In this document: piece after piece, positions 8,774 through 17,727 of the stretch | Layout of the letters: every line of letters begins with the position of its first letter | Position numbering within the stretch: position 1 is the first letter of the stretch | Source: an uncultured Verrucomicrobiae bacterium | Lineage (GTDB): Bacteria > Verrucomicrobiota > Verrucomicrobiia > Chthoniobacterales > Terrimicrobiaceae | DNA: 64,000 nt | NCBI GenBank assembly: GCA_963847295.1 | Contig: CAWJZG010000011.1 | Location: 2,639-66,638, forward strand | Direction: 5' to 3' | Notes under the pieces: generated by a model | What the model was told of the DNA's origin: nothing | Database searches by the model: none | Seen by the model: the letters and a program-made list of their open reading frames with translations, nothing else | Translations under genes and position numbers: made by a program

Positions 8774-9223
8774 TCAACCCGTCGCTGCGTGTAGCCCCCG
8801 GGCGTACAAATGGCACCCGATGCGAATAAACCTTGCCATGCTGACCTCGCCGGGACCCGATCGGGCACCCAGTCCACCTGCGGAGGAACCTGCCGAAGAG
8901 AGATCTCGCGCCGCGGTGGTGGCACTCTTGAGCACGACCGCATCCGCGCCCCGAACCCGGGCGTTGTAGACCATGCTCTTGCGCAGAAAAAGCCAGCCTC
9001 GATCGCTCTCGAAAGCGAGCCTTCCAATCACCGTGGAGGGACTGCTGGGAAACTTGGTAAGGATAGGGATCACGGCTGCGGCAGGCTTCGCCGGATAAAC
9101 TCGGCTTCCGTACGAGGTGTAGCAGGCTGCCGTTGAATTCACGGTCGCGCAACCGGACAGCATCGCCAAGATTCCCGTAGGTCCAGCAACAATCAGTGTT
9201 GCATGACGCGAGGTCATGGGCAT
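8774..9223 (-). CDS. Putative lipoprotein
   Basis: Signal peptide with lipobox (ILAMLSGC). No family recognised. The C-terminal ~40 aa are uncertain because an alternative frame exists. Confidence 0.4.
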   Translation of the reverse strand: MPMTSRHATLIVAGPTGILAMLSGCATVNSTAACYTSYGSRVYPAKPAAAVIPILTKFPSSPSTVIGRLAFESDRGWLFLRKSMVYNARVRGADAVVLKSATTAARDLSSAGSSAGGLGARSGPGEVSMARFIRIGCHLYARGLHAATG

Positions 9224-9247
9224 AAATGTATAAATTATGGCGATGCC

Positions 9248-9607
9248 GTGAAAACGAAAATCGGGATTTGGGCGAGTTTGGGTCTGTTAGCCGTGTTGTC
9301 TTTGGCGGAAGCGGGTCCGCGGGCAGGAGTGTTTGTGCGCGCAGGCGGAGCTTGGTGTCCTCCCGTACGAGCGGTTTGCCTTCGAGTTCCCATCTGCCCT
9401 CCGGTGGTCTGTCGCAGTTGGCCAGTGTACTACTATCCCTCCTACTCCGCTTGGGCATCGTCCCCAGTCATTTCCTCCACCAGTTTCAGTAACGTTTCAC
9501 CGGCTTTTTCAGATGGCGAAACCGGGATTTACCGTGTTTCAGCGCCGATGATTTCCGAGCCGCCCTTTATTGATTCTTCGGGAACCACGTTTAGGTGGCG
9601 GCATTGA
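9248..9607 (+). CDS. Hypothetical small secreted Cys/Pro-rich protein
   Basis: GTG at 9248. VKTKIGIWASLGLLAVLSLAEAG looks like a signal peptide. No homology recognised. Confidence 0.3.
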   Translation: MKTKIGIWASLGLLAVLSLAEAGPRAGVFVRAGGAWCPPVRAVCLRVPICPPVVCRSWPVYYYPSYSAWASSPVISSTSFSNVSPAFSDGETGIYRVSAPMISEPPFIDSSGTTFRWRH

Positions 9608-9741
9608 TTTCCCCCGCAGAAGTGCGGCCTTCCTTGGATTACAAACCAAGGAGGGCCGCCTTTGTTTCCGTGGGCAAACCAATGAGCGTAGTTTTCATTC
9701 CTATTGGTCTGGGGAGGCTCAGGAAGCTTTGAATATCCCCG

Positions 9742-9771
9742 TTGACAAGGTGCCCGGAAAAATCGAATTAA
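9742..9771 (+). promoter_or_regulatory. Candidate sigma70-type promoter for tRNA-His
   Basis: TTGACA at 9742..9747, then a 17-18 nt spacer and an AT-rich hexamer (GAATTA/AATTAA), about 35 nt upstream of the tRNA. Confidence 0.3.
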
Positions 9772-9804
9772 GGCATACTTCCAGAGCTGGCCAATGCCGA
9801 GCAT

Positions 9805-9877
9805 GGTGACCGTAGCTCAATGGTAGAGCTCCAGATTGTGGTTCTGGCTGTTGCGGGTTCGAGTCCCGTCGGTCACC
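9805..9877 (+). tRNA. tRNA-His (anticodon GTG) with an encoded G-1
   Basis: G(-1) GTGACCG TA GCTC AATGGTA GAGC T CCAGA TTGTGGT TCTGG CTGTT GCGGG TTCGAGT CCCGT CGGTCAC C. G-1 opposite C73 is the His identity element. Confidence 0.9.
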
Positions 9878-10027
9878 CTTTCCCCTCCGACGGGACGAGA
9901 ACGCAGTTCGACTACCCGCGCGAAGCGCCTTCCCCTAGCGAAGCCATATCCGTAGAGCCCCGGCGTATGCCGGGGATAATCCCGTCGGTCACCCTTTCCC
10001 CTCCGACGGGACGAGAACGCAGTTCGA
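9864..10027. repeat. Direct duplication of the tRNA-His 3' end plus trailer (two 48-bp copies, 116 bp apart)
   Basis: TCCCGTCGGTCACCCTTTCCCCTCCGACGGGACGAGAACGCAGTTCGA occurs at 9864..9911 and 9980..10027. Weaker similarity (ACCCGCGCG) continues beyond both copies. Confidence 0.85.
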
Positions 10028-10085
10028 GCACCCGCGCGCCAGCGCATCGCTGGGCCGATGGCGACTTCCGTGAAGCTCGCCAACG

Positions 10086-10640
10086 CTAAGGGGCGTCCTG
10101 TTGAGGTGGGACTCGCTTCATCGGCAGTGACGTGATCGAAGATGTCAGAATAACGCTCTGATTGAGGCTGAAAGGGCTAGCACCTGCTTGCGAGGTGTCG
10201 GCGTCGGAAGGGCTGTAACGAGATCTTGCGCCGGTCCACGCGATGGTTTGACGGAGAGTTGAAGTTCGTTCTGCCGCACCTTCCCTTTGAGGCAGTTCGG
10301 ACTTTGTCCACCGCGTAAGACATTGCGCGCCGTTCAATTTCCGCGTGTAGGTAATTTCCATCGTTTTGGAATCGTCGCCTTTGGCGGGATCGTGCATTTC
10401 AAAGACGTGCTTGTCGTGGCTGACTATCACGAGAACTTGTTTCATTGGAAGGTCCTTACGACCGGTCATCGGGCAGTCGTACTTGCCTTCGAGTGTGATG
10501 ACTGTGTTCCCGTTCTCGCCTTCACCCTCACTCGTGAACATGGACATATGCATGTCGTCGATCCAAACGTTGGTGTATTTCTGTCGCCCACGATGAGTTT
10601 CCAGACCCCGTTGACCTGTCGCCGGAGAACCTCGATTGCC
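10086..10640 (-). pseudogene. DUF1579-like protein remnant (N-terminus missing, abnormal C-terminal read-through)
   Basis: KYTNVWIDDMHMSMFTSEGEGENGNTVITLEGKYDCPMTGRKDLPMKQVLVIVSHDKHVFEMHDPAKGDDSKTMEITYTRK fits the C-terminal half of DUF1579. An in-frame TGA lies upstream. The usual stop after ..TYTRK is absent, and about 80 low-complexity codons follow. Confidence 0.4.
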
Positions 10641-11096
10641 TTGTAGCGGACCTCGATCGAGATCGATTCAGGATTGCGTGCTGCAGATCAGCCTGATCTT
10701 CCGTGATTTCAACGGCAACCGTTCCCAGCAGAAAAGGATCGAGCTTGTCCGCTTCAAGCTCTACGTCGTGCCGAAGCGTTCCCTCACGGGCGGGCAGCGC
10801 CGAACGCGGGGAGACGCGGGTCTTGGGATCATCCAAGCCCGATGGGTTCCCCATTCACGAGGTTCAACAGATGGATGTCGAAGCCCCGCCCATCTCCGAG
10901 ATTACAAGGAAAAAGTTAGAGCTCAGTGTCCCTAATCCGTTGGCTCATTCGTCTCATAATTAAACTGAGTAACTGAAACCTATGTTTCCGGCATGCATTA
11001 CAACTTGGCACTGATTGCCGTCGCCACTTCGACGGGCCGGGCAACCGAGCTCGTCGCTAAGGAGCTGCGTGCGAAGAGAATCCTTACAGAACCCAA

Positions 11097-11495
11097 ATGA
11101 AAAGGGAATTCATCATGACAAAGAGCACTCTCACCATAACTAAGCCGTCAAGAAGCGGGGTCGCTCTCGAGGGAGACGAAGGCTCCGAAACAACGGCCAT
11201 TCTTGCGTCAACTAGCCCGTTAGGCATCACTGCAATGGGAGCATTTCCGTTGAGTCTAATTGCGTTGGGTCAGATCAGGCGCCGGCATTTCGACGACACC
11301 CTCACTCTGCGACCGAAGCGAACAATGAATGCCACCGAAAAGCTCGAATCGCCGCAGGAGATCGAACCTGCTACGCTAATCGAACAGATCGATACAACCG
11401 AGCACGGCGCGCGACCATACCCGCTGCCCATCATGAAACATGGGGCCTCCGAACATCTCATTCGCCTTCGCTCACCCTGCAGCACGCCAAAGTAG
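11097..11495 (+). CDS. Hypothetical protein (orphan)
   Basis: The only sizeable ORF in a visibly AT-richer patch. No motif recognised. Confidence 0.2.
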   Translation: MKREFIMTKSTLTITKPSRSGVALEGDEGSETTAILASTSPLGITAMGAFPLSLIALGQIRRRHFDDTLTLRPKRTMNATEKLESPQEIEPATLIEQIDTTEHGARPYPLPIMKHGASEHLIRLRSPCSTPK

Positions 11496-11777
11496 CCAGG
11501 GCGCATAGAAGGGGCGGTCCTTGAAGGCAGGCTGACGTCGTGGGCGCCCACGCGCAGTGGGTGTCGGCTGCCCCACCGAGATAGCCGGTGAGCAAGATCG
11601 CGCCGAGGACGTAAAGAACTCGCGAAACTCCGGCTCTTTGAGAAAACCCTGCTTCCAGGAACCAGAAAGTACATCGTCGTCATACTTTCCGACGGATTGT
11701 AATCGCCCATTCTTAAAGTAAAATTTCCACTCTCCTGTTTTGTTTCCATTCCTATGCTGTCCTTCATAGGCAATACT

Positions 11778-11854
11778 TGTTCGGCGTCTCGCCGAGCAGG
11801 GTTTTCCGGCCGTCCCGCCGGAAAATCGCACGCGGGACGCGTGCGCTCCCCGGA
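11778..11854. repeat. Partial (one-arm) copy of the MITE-like element at 18973..19070, in inverted orientation
   Basis: Its reverse complement, TCCGGGGAGCGCACGCGTCCCGCGTGCG..GGAAAACCCTGCTCGGCGAGACGCCGAACA, aligns with 18973..19040. Confidence 0.7.
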
Positions 11855-11964
11855 ACCCTCGCCGCGCGAGCCCTTTGGAAATTTCTCGCGCATCGCCACC
11901 GCGCATGCCGCTTCAATACCTGTGCCGACTGTCCGTCTGTTATGCAGACGAAGCGCATCCGACG

Positions 11965-13787
11965 TCAGACCAATCTCGTCAAGCCGTCGGCGCTCCAGCG
12001 TTCGCTACCCACTCCGTGGTGCACGAAGAAGAGGCCGTCGGGATCGTATTTGTCCTTCACCGCGAGCAGTCTGGGGTAGTTGGGCCCCCAAAAGGATTGC
12101 CGCCACGCCTCATCAAAGAAATCGCTCTCCGCGACATAGGAGCCGACATTCGGGAGCAGCTTACGCACTTCATTCATGGCTTTGTCGATTGCATCTGCAT
12201 GTTTGCGAGCAGTCGACAGATCGGGCTCGTGACCGGGAACGCCGGGATACGCCGGCGGCCCCTCGGCTGCACAGATGATCAGCGCGAAAGCATCCAGAAC
12301 CGCCGGGTTCATTGCCGTGTTCCTGGCTGCGTCTATTGCTTCGGCAGGGGCGCCGGCAAGGCCCTTATTGAAATGCAGCGACACGCCCCAATGCCGAGCC
12401 GCTGCGAACAGCGCATCGCCGAGATTTTCCTGCTCGTCGGTTTGCAGGAACGAGGCGGGAAGCCAGGCAGATTGGTAGCCGTGCAAGACCTGCCCCGCTT
12501 CCTCCAGATTGCTTGCCCAGAATACATTGGCTTCGGGGGCACCCGGGCGGTCGTCGGCAAGCACGATTTCGGGGAGCTTCTTGAGAAATCCAGGGTCCCA
12601 GAAGTATGCGCAGGCGCCGCTAAGATCCTTGGCGGCTCCACTATGCTGAAATCCTGGGACGAAGCGGCGAGCCAGTCGAAGAACGGACGCCAGATCGTTT
12701 CCGCCTGCTGTTGGTTCAGCCCTTGGAATACCATTGCGATCGCAAGAACGTTGCCCGGCCGGAAGACGATCTGCTCGCCCCAGTGCGGATTGAGCAGCTT
12801 CTCGGCGTAGAAGCTGATGACCTGGCCGATCAGGCGGCGAAACGCAGCATCCGACGTCGCTTTGATTGTCGCGAACACCCCGCCAAAGAACTCCGGAAGA
12901 CTATGCGTCCGCAATGTGAGCCGCGTCACGACTCCGAGGCTGCCGCCACCTCCGCCCTTGATCCCCCAGAACAGGTCCGGATTCGTGCAGGCGTTGGCGA
13001 TCCTCACTGCACCATCGGCAGTGACGATCTCGGCTTCCAGCAAGCTCGCTGCAGCCATCCCGTAGGCCTTTGAAAAACTTCCGAAGCCGCCACTCTGGAT
13101 CAGCCCCGCAACGCCCACGGTCATGCATCCGCCACCCTGGACGTAGCGGCCTCCCTTCGTCGTGACAGCGTCATAAACCTGTCCCCAGATCGCACCCGCT
13201 CCGACCGTGACCGCCTGTTCGGGCGCATGTCGCCCGGCGCACCCGGCACCGACGAATGCATCTTGCAAGGCGACGGCATTCATGCTTCGTGTCCAAATCA
13301 GCAAAGAATCAGCGGCATTGGATGTGCCCTGGTAACTGTGTCCCCCACCCTTCACGACAAGTCGCAAATTGTTCTCACGGGCGAAATTGACGGCCGCCAC
13401 GACATCATCTGTCGCCTGGGCGGCCACAGCGTAGGCACTTGGCCGGGACGTCCAGGCGTCGACCCAGCCGAGGGATTGTGTCAACCCGACCTCGTCGCCG
13501 AGGAAGTAGGGGTTCTTCAATTTCTTGAAGACCTGCGCGCAGCTGGGGCTCGATGGCGCTTTCAGGCAAGCAGCGAGCGGCGACTGCACCTTGACGAGCC
13601 GCCCACCGACGTCCCGGCTGAGCCGATCCCAGCTCGCTTCGGACGGCCACGCGGAGTCACTAGGGAGCACACGCGACATGGAACGGGCTGCGGCAGCGGC
13701 CCGTGCCGGTGCGAGCATCCACGAACAGATGGTCGGCAGAAACGGGAGCGCTGCCGCCGCTGCCTGCAAAAAGCGCCTTCTGTTCAT
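11965..13787 (-). pseudogene. FAD-linked oxidase with a BBE-like C-terminal domain and a Tat signal; frameshift near 12606
   Basis: ATG 13787 gives MNRRRFLQAAAAA (twin-arginine motif) and a FAD-binding region (VVKGGGHSYQG). The reading frame breaks after ..DFSIVEPPRILAAPA and continues in the frame of ORF 11965..12564 (..YFWDPGFLKKLPEIVLADDRPGAPE..NYPRLLAVKDKYDPDGLFFVHHGVGSE). Confidence 0.75.
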
Positions 13788-13994
13788 TCGTTTGGGCGCC
13801 TTTGGCCTCGACTTCACGGGAGATTTCGGAGACTCATCGTCATCTTAATGATCAATTGATGTTTTTCGTGTTCGACGTCGCACGATGCCGACCAAAGCGA
13901 AATTAAGCGCTCCGGCCGGCAATGTCGAGAGAACGCCAGGCGAACGTCCTCAGGGTTGGCCTCGCACCCGTGGTTGGCGACGCTGCGAAACGGC

Positions 13995-14720
13995 TTAGGA
14001 CGTGAGCCGCTCGCAACAACGGTCACGCGCGGTCAGATCGAGGAAATAGTAATCCCCGCCAACGGTCTCCCCGCCTCGCCCGTATGTGGAATAGGTGTGG
14101 AAAACCGTGCCGCCTTCGCGCAGAAAGCAGCTCAGCCCAGGCAAATCGAACGGTTGCTCGCCCCCGAAGTAATAAGATGTCCCCGCCTGTTCATGCTCGG
14201 CCTCGGTCCGGTAGTTGTATTCCACGGGAGCGACGGATTCATCGAGCGTAACATGGAAGTCGTAGTTGAAATCGCTGCCGAATGAGGATTACCAGGGGAC
14301 GATCCAGCCCATGCGTCTCTTGAACGGCGCAATTTTGGCTATGGGGGCCCGGGAGACGAGTGCCAAGGAGGTGCCGCGAGCGTGCAGATGCGCGAGGTGG
14401 CCTCTTGCGATTTGGTCCGTCCATGCTGAACAACTCGGGCAACCCTTGTCCAGCGGCTCACCAGCTTCCCACAGCCACATGAAATGGTAGATGATGAGCT
14501 GGAGGCGGTCCTCGAACAGGTCGAGCAGACTCGCCTTGCCATCGGGGCCTTCGAAGACATAGTCCTTCTCGATCCGCACCATCGGCAGCCCGCGGCGCTC
14601 GGCGTTCAGAGCGTCCCGGCGGCGGGTGAGTTCCTTCTCCTTGGCAAGCAGTTGCTTGCGCGCTACGAGCCAATCGGCTCGCGTTACAACTGGTGGAAGT
14701 GATATGTTGGTCGTTGTCAT
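13995..14720 (-). pseudogene. DUF899 thioredoxin-like protein, decayed paralog (in-frame TAA and C-terminal deletion)
   Basis: From ATG 14720 the gene reads ..MGWIVPW-TAA(14291..14289)-SSFGSDFNYDFHV in a single frame, against MGWRFKWVSSYGSDFNADFHV in the intact paralog. It ends in LDLTARDRCCERLTS, which is fused to the remnant of the next small ORF. Confidence 0.75.
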
Positions 14721-15100
14721 AGGGCATTCTCCTTTGTTTGGATTGTCGGAAAATGCCCCTTCACCGTTAAGAGAGCCTCTTTGATGAGGACGAGGCGGCA
14801 CAGGCGTTTCACCCCCAGATATAGCAGCGAGGCTACGCACAGAATCAGCAGCAACGCCCGCAGGTGCGTTGCGGTGGAGAGCGAAAGCCCGAGTCCAGTC
14901 CCAACTGCGATGTAAGCTGCCAGACACGCCGGGCACTTCGGCATCAGCGCCAGGATCGCGCCCGGAACAATCCAACCAGCGATGTCGAGACAACGCCGAG
15001 CAAACGTCGGAGGATGGGGCTCGCCATGCGTGGCCGGCGCTGCGAACGGCTTAGGGCGTGGGTCGCTCGCAGTGACTTCGCAGCAAGGACGTGTGTTCAT
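14717..15100 (-). CDS. Small two-TM membrane protein with N-terminal CC and CPAC motifs
   Basis: ATG 15100 overlaps the upstream stop as ATGA. MNTRPCCEVTAS..LALMPKCPACLAAYIAVGTGLGL.. No family recognised. A truncated paralog remnant lies at 13814..14026. Confidence 0.5.
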   Translation of the reverse strand: MNTRPCCEVTASDPRPKPFAAPATHGEPHPPTFARRCLDIAGWIVPGAILALMPKCPACLAAYIAVGTGLGLSLSTATHLRALLLILCVASLLYLGVKRLCRLVLIKEALLTVKGHFPTIQTKENAL

Positions 15101-15936
15101 GAGTGGGCCTCGGCCGATCCGCATAAGCAGGTCGTGGACGATGGCAGCGCCGTCTCCGGCCAGTAGGGCTTGTTCGTGTCTGCGAATTCGTCGGTACCGT
15201 AGCGATCATGGTAGCGGACCCATTCCATCGCGAATCCTAGGTGGTCCTCGTCGCGGCCTTTGGGCAGCATATCGAGGATCATGTATGTGCCGACGATTTG
15301 CTCGACGCCCCGCCCGTAGGTCGAATAGGTGTGGAAAACGTCGCCGCCGGCGTCCTTGAAGAAGACGCTGATGCCCGGAGCTTCGGCGCTGGGGAATTCC
15401 TGCATCGTGTAGTTGTAGTTCACCTTGCCTTGCGCCATCTCGTCCTTTGTGAATGAAACGTGGAAGTCAGCATTGAAGTCGCTCCCGTAGGACGACACCC
15501 ACTTGAACCGCCAGCCCATGCGCTTCTTGAACACCTCGATCTTGGCCAGCGGCGCCCGCGAGACCATCACCATCGTGACGTCGCGCGCTGCCAGGTGCGC
15601 GAGCGTGCCGTCGATGTGGTCGCAGGTGAACGAGCAACTCGGACAGCCCTCCTTCCACTCCGGCCCGAACATGAAGTGGTAAATGACCAGTTGGCTGCGC
15701 CCGTCGAAGAGGTCTGCAAGTGTTGCCTTGCCGCCGGGTGCGTCGAACACGTAGTTCTTGTCGAGCTTCACCCAGGGGAGTTTGCGCCGCTCGGCGCTCA
15801 AATGGTCCCGCAGCCGACTGGACTCTTTCTCCTTCCTGAGCAGCTCCCGCCGCGCCACAATCCATTCCTCTCGCGATACGATCTTATGTCCTGGGATCGC
15901 ATTTATCTGTTCAGACATTACTGCCTTCGTGCTCAT
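15097..15936 (-). CDS. DUF899 domain (thioredoxin-like) protein, intact copy
   Basis: WIVARRELLRKEKE..LVIYHFMFGPEWKEGCPSCSF..FHTYSTYGRG, typical of DUF899. Confidence 0.85.
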   Translation of the reverse strand: MSTKAVMSEQINAIPGHKIVSREEWIVARRELLRKEKESSRLRDHLSAERRKLPWVKLDKNYVFDAPGGKATLADLFDGRSQLVIYHFMFGPEWKEGCPSCSFTCDHIDGTLAHLAARDVTMVMVSRAPLAKIEVFKKRMGWRFKWVSSYGSDFNADFHVSFTKDEMAQGKVNYNYTMQEFPSAEAPGISVFFKDAGGDVFHTYSTYGRGVEQIVGTYMILDMLPKGRDEDHLGFAMEWVRYHDRYGTDEFADTNKPYWPETALPSSTTCLCGSAEAHS

Positions 15937-16367
15937 ATTTGCCTTTCATCATGGCTGATCCCGCAGGCGCAGGACCAAGCGTTTGTTTGGTTCGATGATG
16001 TGACGAACGAGCCAACGCATTCAGGACATTGGGCTTTGTTTTTTATAGTCGCAGATCGCGGAACAATCACGGCACGGCCCACGGGACGGGCTATCGCTAC
16101 CATCGACACCGCACGGGAAGTCCGTAGACGAGGATTCCAGGCCCAGGAGCCGGGCTTTTCGGGGAGTCGGCAGGTGCGTGACGAAGGCTGGCTCAAAGAG
16201 TGTTCTTGCCGAGCGCAAGCCTAAGCACGCTCACCGATCTTCTCGTGTCAGCTCTTCTATGCCGTCAGGGACAATTTCCAGCACCGAAACCCTTTTCATT
16301 CTTTCTCTGGTGAGCAATTCTTGCGCAAGCAGATTGTTTGGTGCAATCGCCGGTGCGAATTGACCGC

Positions 16368-16907
16368 TCACGCCTTGCCCCCGAAGCTGACGAAGTCATC
16401 AAGCTCGAGCACGTCGGCCCACGTCTTGATGTCTTCGCGCGTCTTGGTGAGTTTGGCGACGTATTCGGCGAAGAACTCCATCGTCTCCGCGTCGCTGTCC
16501 GGGCCGCGGCGATCCATGTGATCGCTCCACTGCTCGATCTCCCACGGCGGACGCTTGTGTTTCGCGCTGGCTTGAATCCACGTAAGGATGTCACCGTCGC
16601 CTTTGCCTTTCTTCAGTTCCGCCAGCAGTTTTTTTGGATCAATGCCCACGAAGCTGAGGAAGCGTTGGTCCACCGGGCAGTTGAAGTGATACTCGCCGTT
16701 GGTGCCGGCCAGCGTGGCCCGGCCCTTGTCGAGCGCCCGTGGAAGCAGCGAGTAGCCGCCGAGCCGGGAGCGCGGACTGCGGGGCGGACGTTGCGTGAGG
16801 TCGGGCGCGCCGAGCTTTGCAATGCTTGGAGTCATGCTCCGCTTGCTCAGAGATCCTTTGGTTGCAGTTTTGCTATTTGATTCGTTGCCTTCAATGGTAG
16901 TTTTCAT
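16368..16907 (-). CDS. DUF5069 domain protein
   Basis: PRSPRSRLGGYSLLPRALDKGRATLAGTNGEYHFNCPVDQRFLSFVGI. Confidence 0.65.
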   Translation of the reverse strand: MKTTIEGNESNSKTATKGSLSKRSMTPSIAKLGAPDLTQRPPRSPRSRLGGYSLLPRALDKGRATLAGTNGEYHFNCPVDQRFLSFVGIDPKKLLAELKKGKGDGDILTWIQASAKHKRPPWEIEQWSDHMDRRGPDSDAETMEFFAEYVAKLTKTREDIKTWADVLELDDFVSFGGKA

Positions 16908-17127
16908 CTTCAGTTTCAGACGATTTGGACTTGACTTAGACTTACTGAATACTGTCCTTATATCGAATCCCCTTTTTTGCGGAGTGTTGCGTGGATGACA
17001 TTCCAGTTAACGATCTGCCGAGCTAGGGCTCTTCCCGCGGAGGTAAGGTGTTTTATGTCCTGACATGTCTGCCGTTCCTCGCTGCATCGATTTAATTAAG
17101 AGCGACTTCTCCCGGTTCTGCAGGAAT

Positions 17128-17697
17128 TCATTCGCGCCAAACCCCCTTCTTCCTGCTGATGTCACAAAGCATATCCGAATGGATGTTCAGCCCGATGTTG
17201 GTCATGTTGTAGAGATGTTCGCTGGCAACCAGCCAAACGATCTCACAGATTTCGCGTTCGGAATAGTGGAGAACCATGCGCGCAAAGATTTCAGGGCTGA
17301 CCTTTTTCTCTTTCGTGAGCTCCGACACGTAGTCCAGCGCTGCGCGCTCCGCGTCTGTAAAGAGTGGGCTCGTGTTGTATTGGTCCAGTGCATCAAACTT
17401 TGCTTCATTCATCGACGCTTTGATTGTGAACGACCTGGAGATATCGATGCAGAAAAGGCAGATGTTGATGCGGGCGACCTGATGTCGGATGAGCAGGACC
17501 ATCTCCGGCGGGAGCATCAGCTTTTGATCCAGCTTGCTGACCTTCGAGTAGAACAAGCCAAAGGCAGGCGGCAATCGCGCGCTATGCACTTTCAGCGGCG
17601 TGAGCACCTTGCCAAATTGCCGGCGTGTAAAGTAATAGGCCAGCTTCATAATAAAGCCGTGGGGTTTTTCGACGGGAGTAAGAAATGTGTCGCTCAT
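17128..17697 (-). CDS. Carboxymuconolactone decarboxylase (AhpD-like) family protein
   Basis: ATG 17697. ..IRHQVARINICLFCIDISR..TDAERAALDYVSELT. Confidence 0.8.
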   Translation of the reverse strand: MSDTFLTPVEKPHGFIMKLAYYFTRRQFGKVLTPLKVHSARLPPAFGLFYSKVSKLDQKLMLPPEMVLLIRHQVARINICLFCIDISRSFTIKASMNEAKFDALDQYNTSPLFTDAERAALDYVSELTKEKKVSPEIFARMVLHYSEREICEIVWLVASEHLYNMTNIGLNIHSDMLCDISRKKGVWRE

Positions 17698-17727
17698 AGA
17701 TGTTTCCTCTTAACGTGTTGGTTGCTT

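Noticed and set aside
8728-9027. Alternative frame giving a different C-terminus (..[23 protein letters not shown]) for the lipoprotein at 8774..9223, implying another frameshift
   Set aside because: I could not decide between the frames by eye without a homologue. It is noted only as uncertainty on that CDS.
10636-10963. Plus-strand ORFs 10636..10935 and 10703..10963
   Set aside because: They are antisense or adjacent to the DUF1579 remnant, and no motifs or start context support them.
11472-11906. 144-aa ORF with a MORN/YwqK-like stretch (NGNKTGEWKFYFKNGRLQSVGKYDD)
   Set aside because: Only one or two repeat units are present. The N-terminal third of the ORF is encoded by the partial MITE copy and the C-terminus is low-complexity. 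At best it is a gene fragment.
15940-16360. Cys-rich reading frames (..FPCGVDGSDSPSRGPCRDCSAICDYKK.. and ..AQCPECVGSF..) and a 22-codon mini-ORF (MKRVSVLEIVPDGIEELTREDR) between DUF5069 and DUF899
   Set aside because: The frames are short and mutually inconsistent, and I recognise no family. It may be another decayed small gene, but that cannot be supported from the sequence alone.
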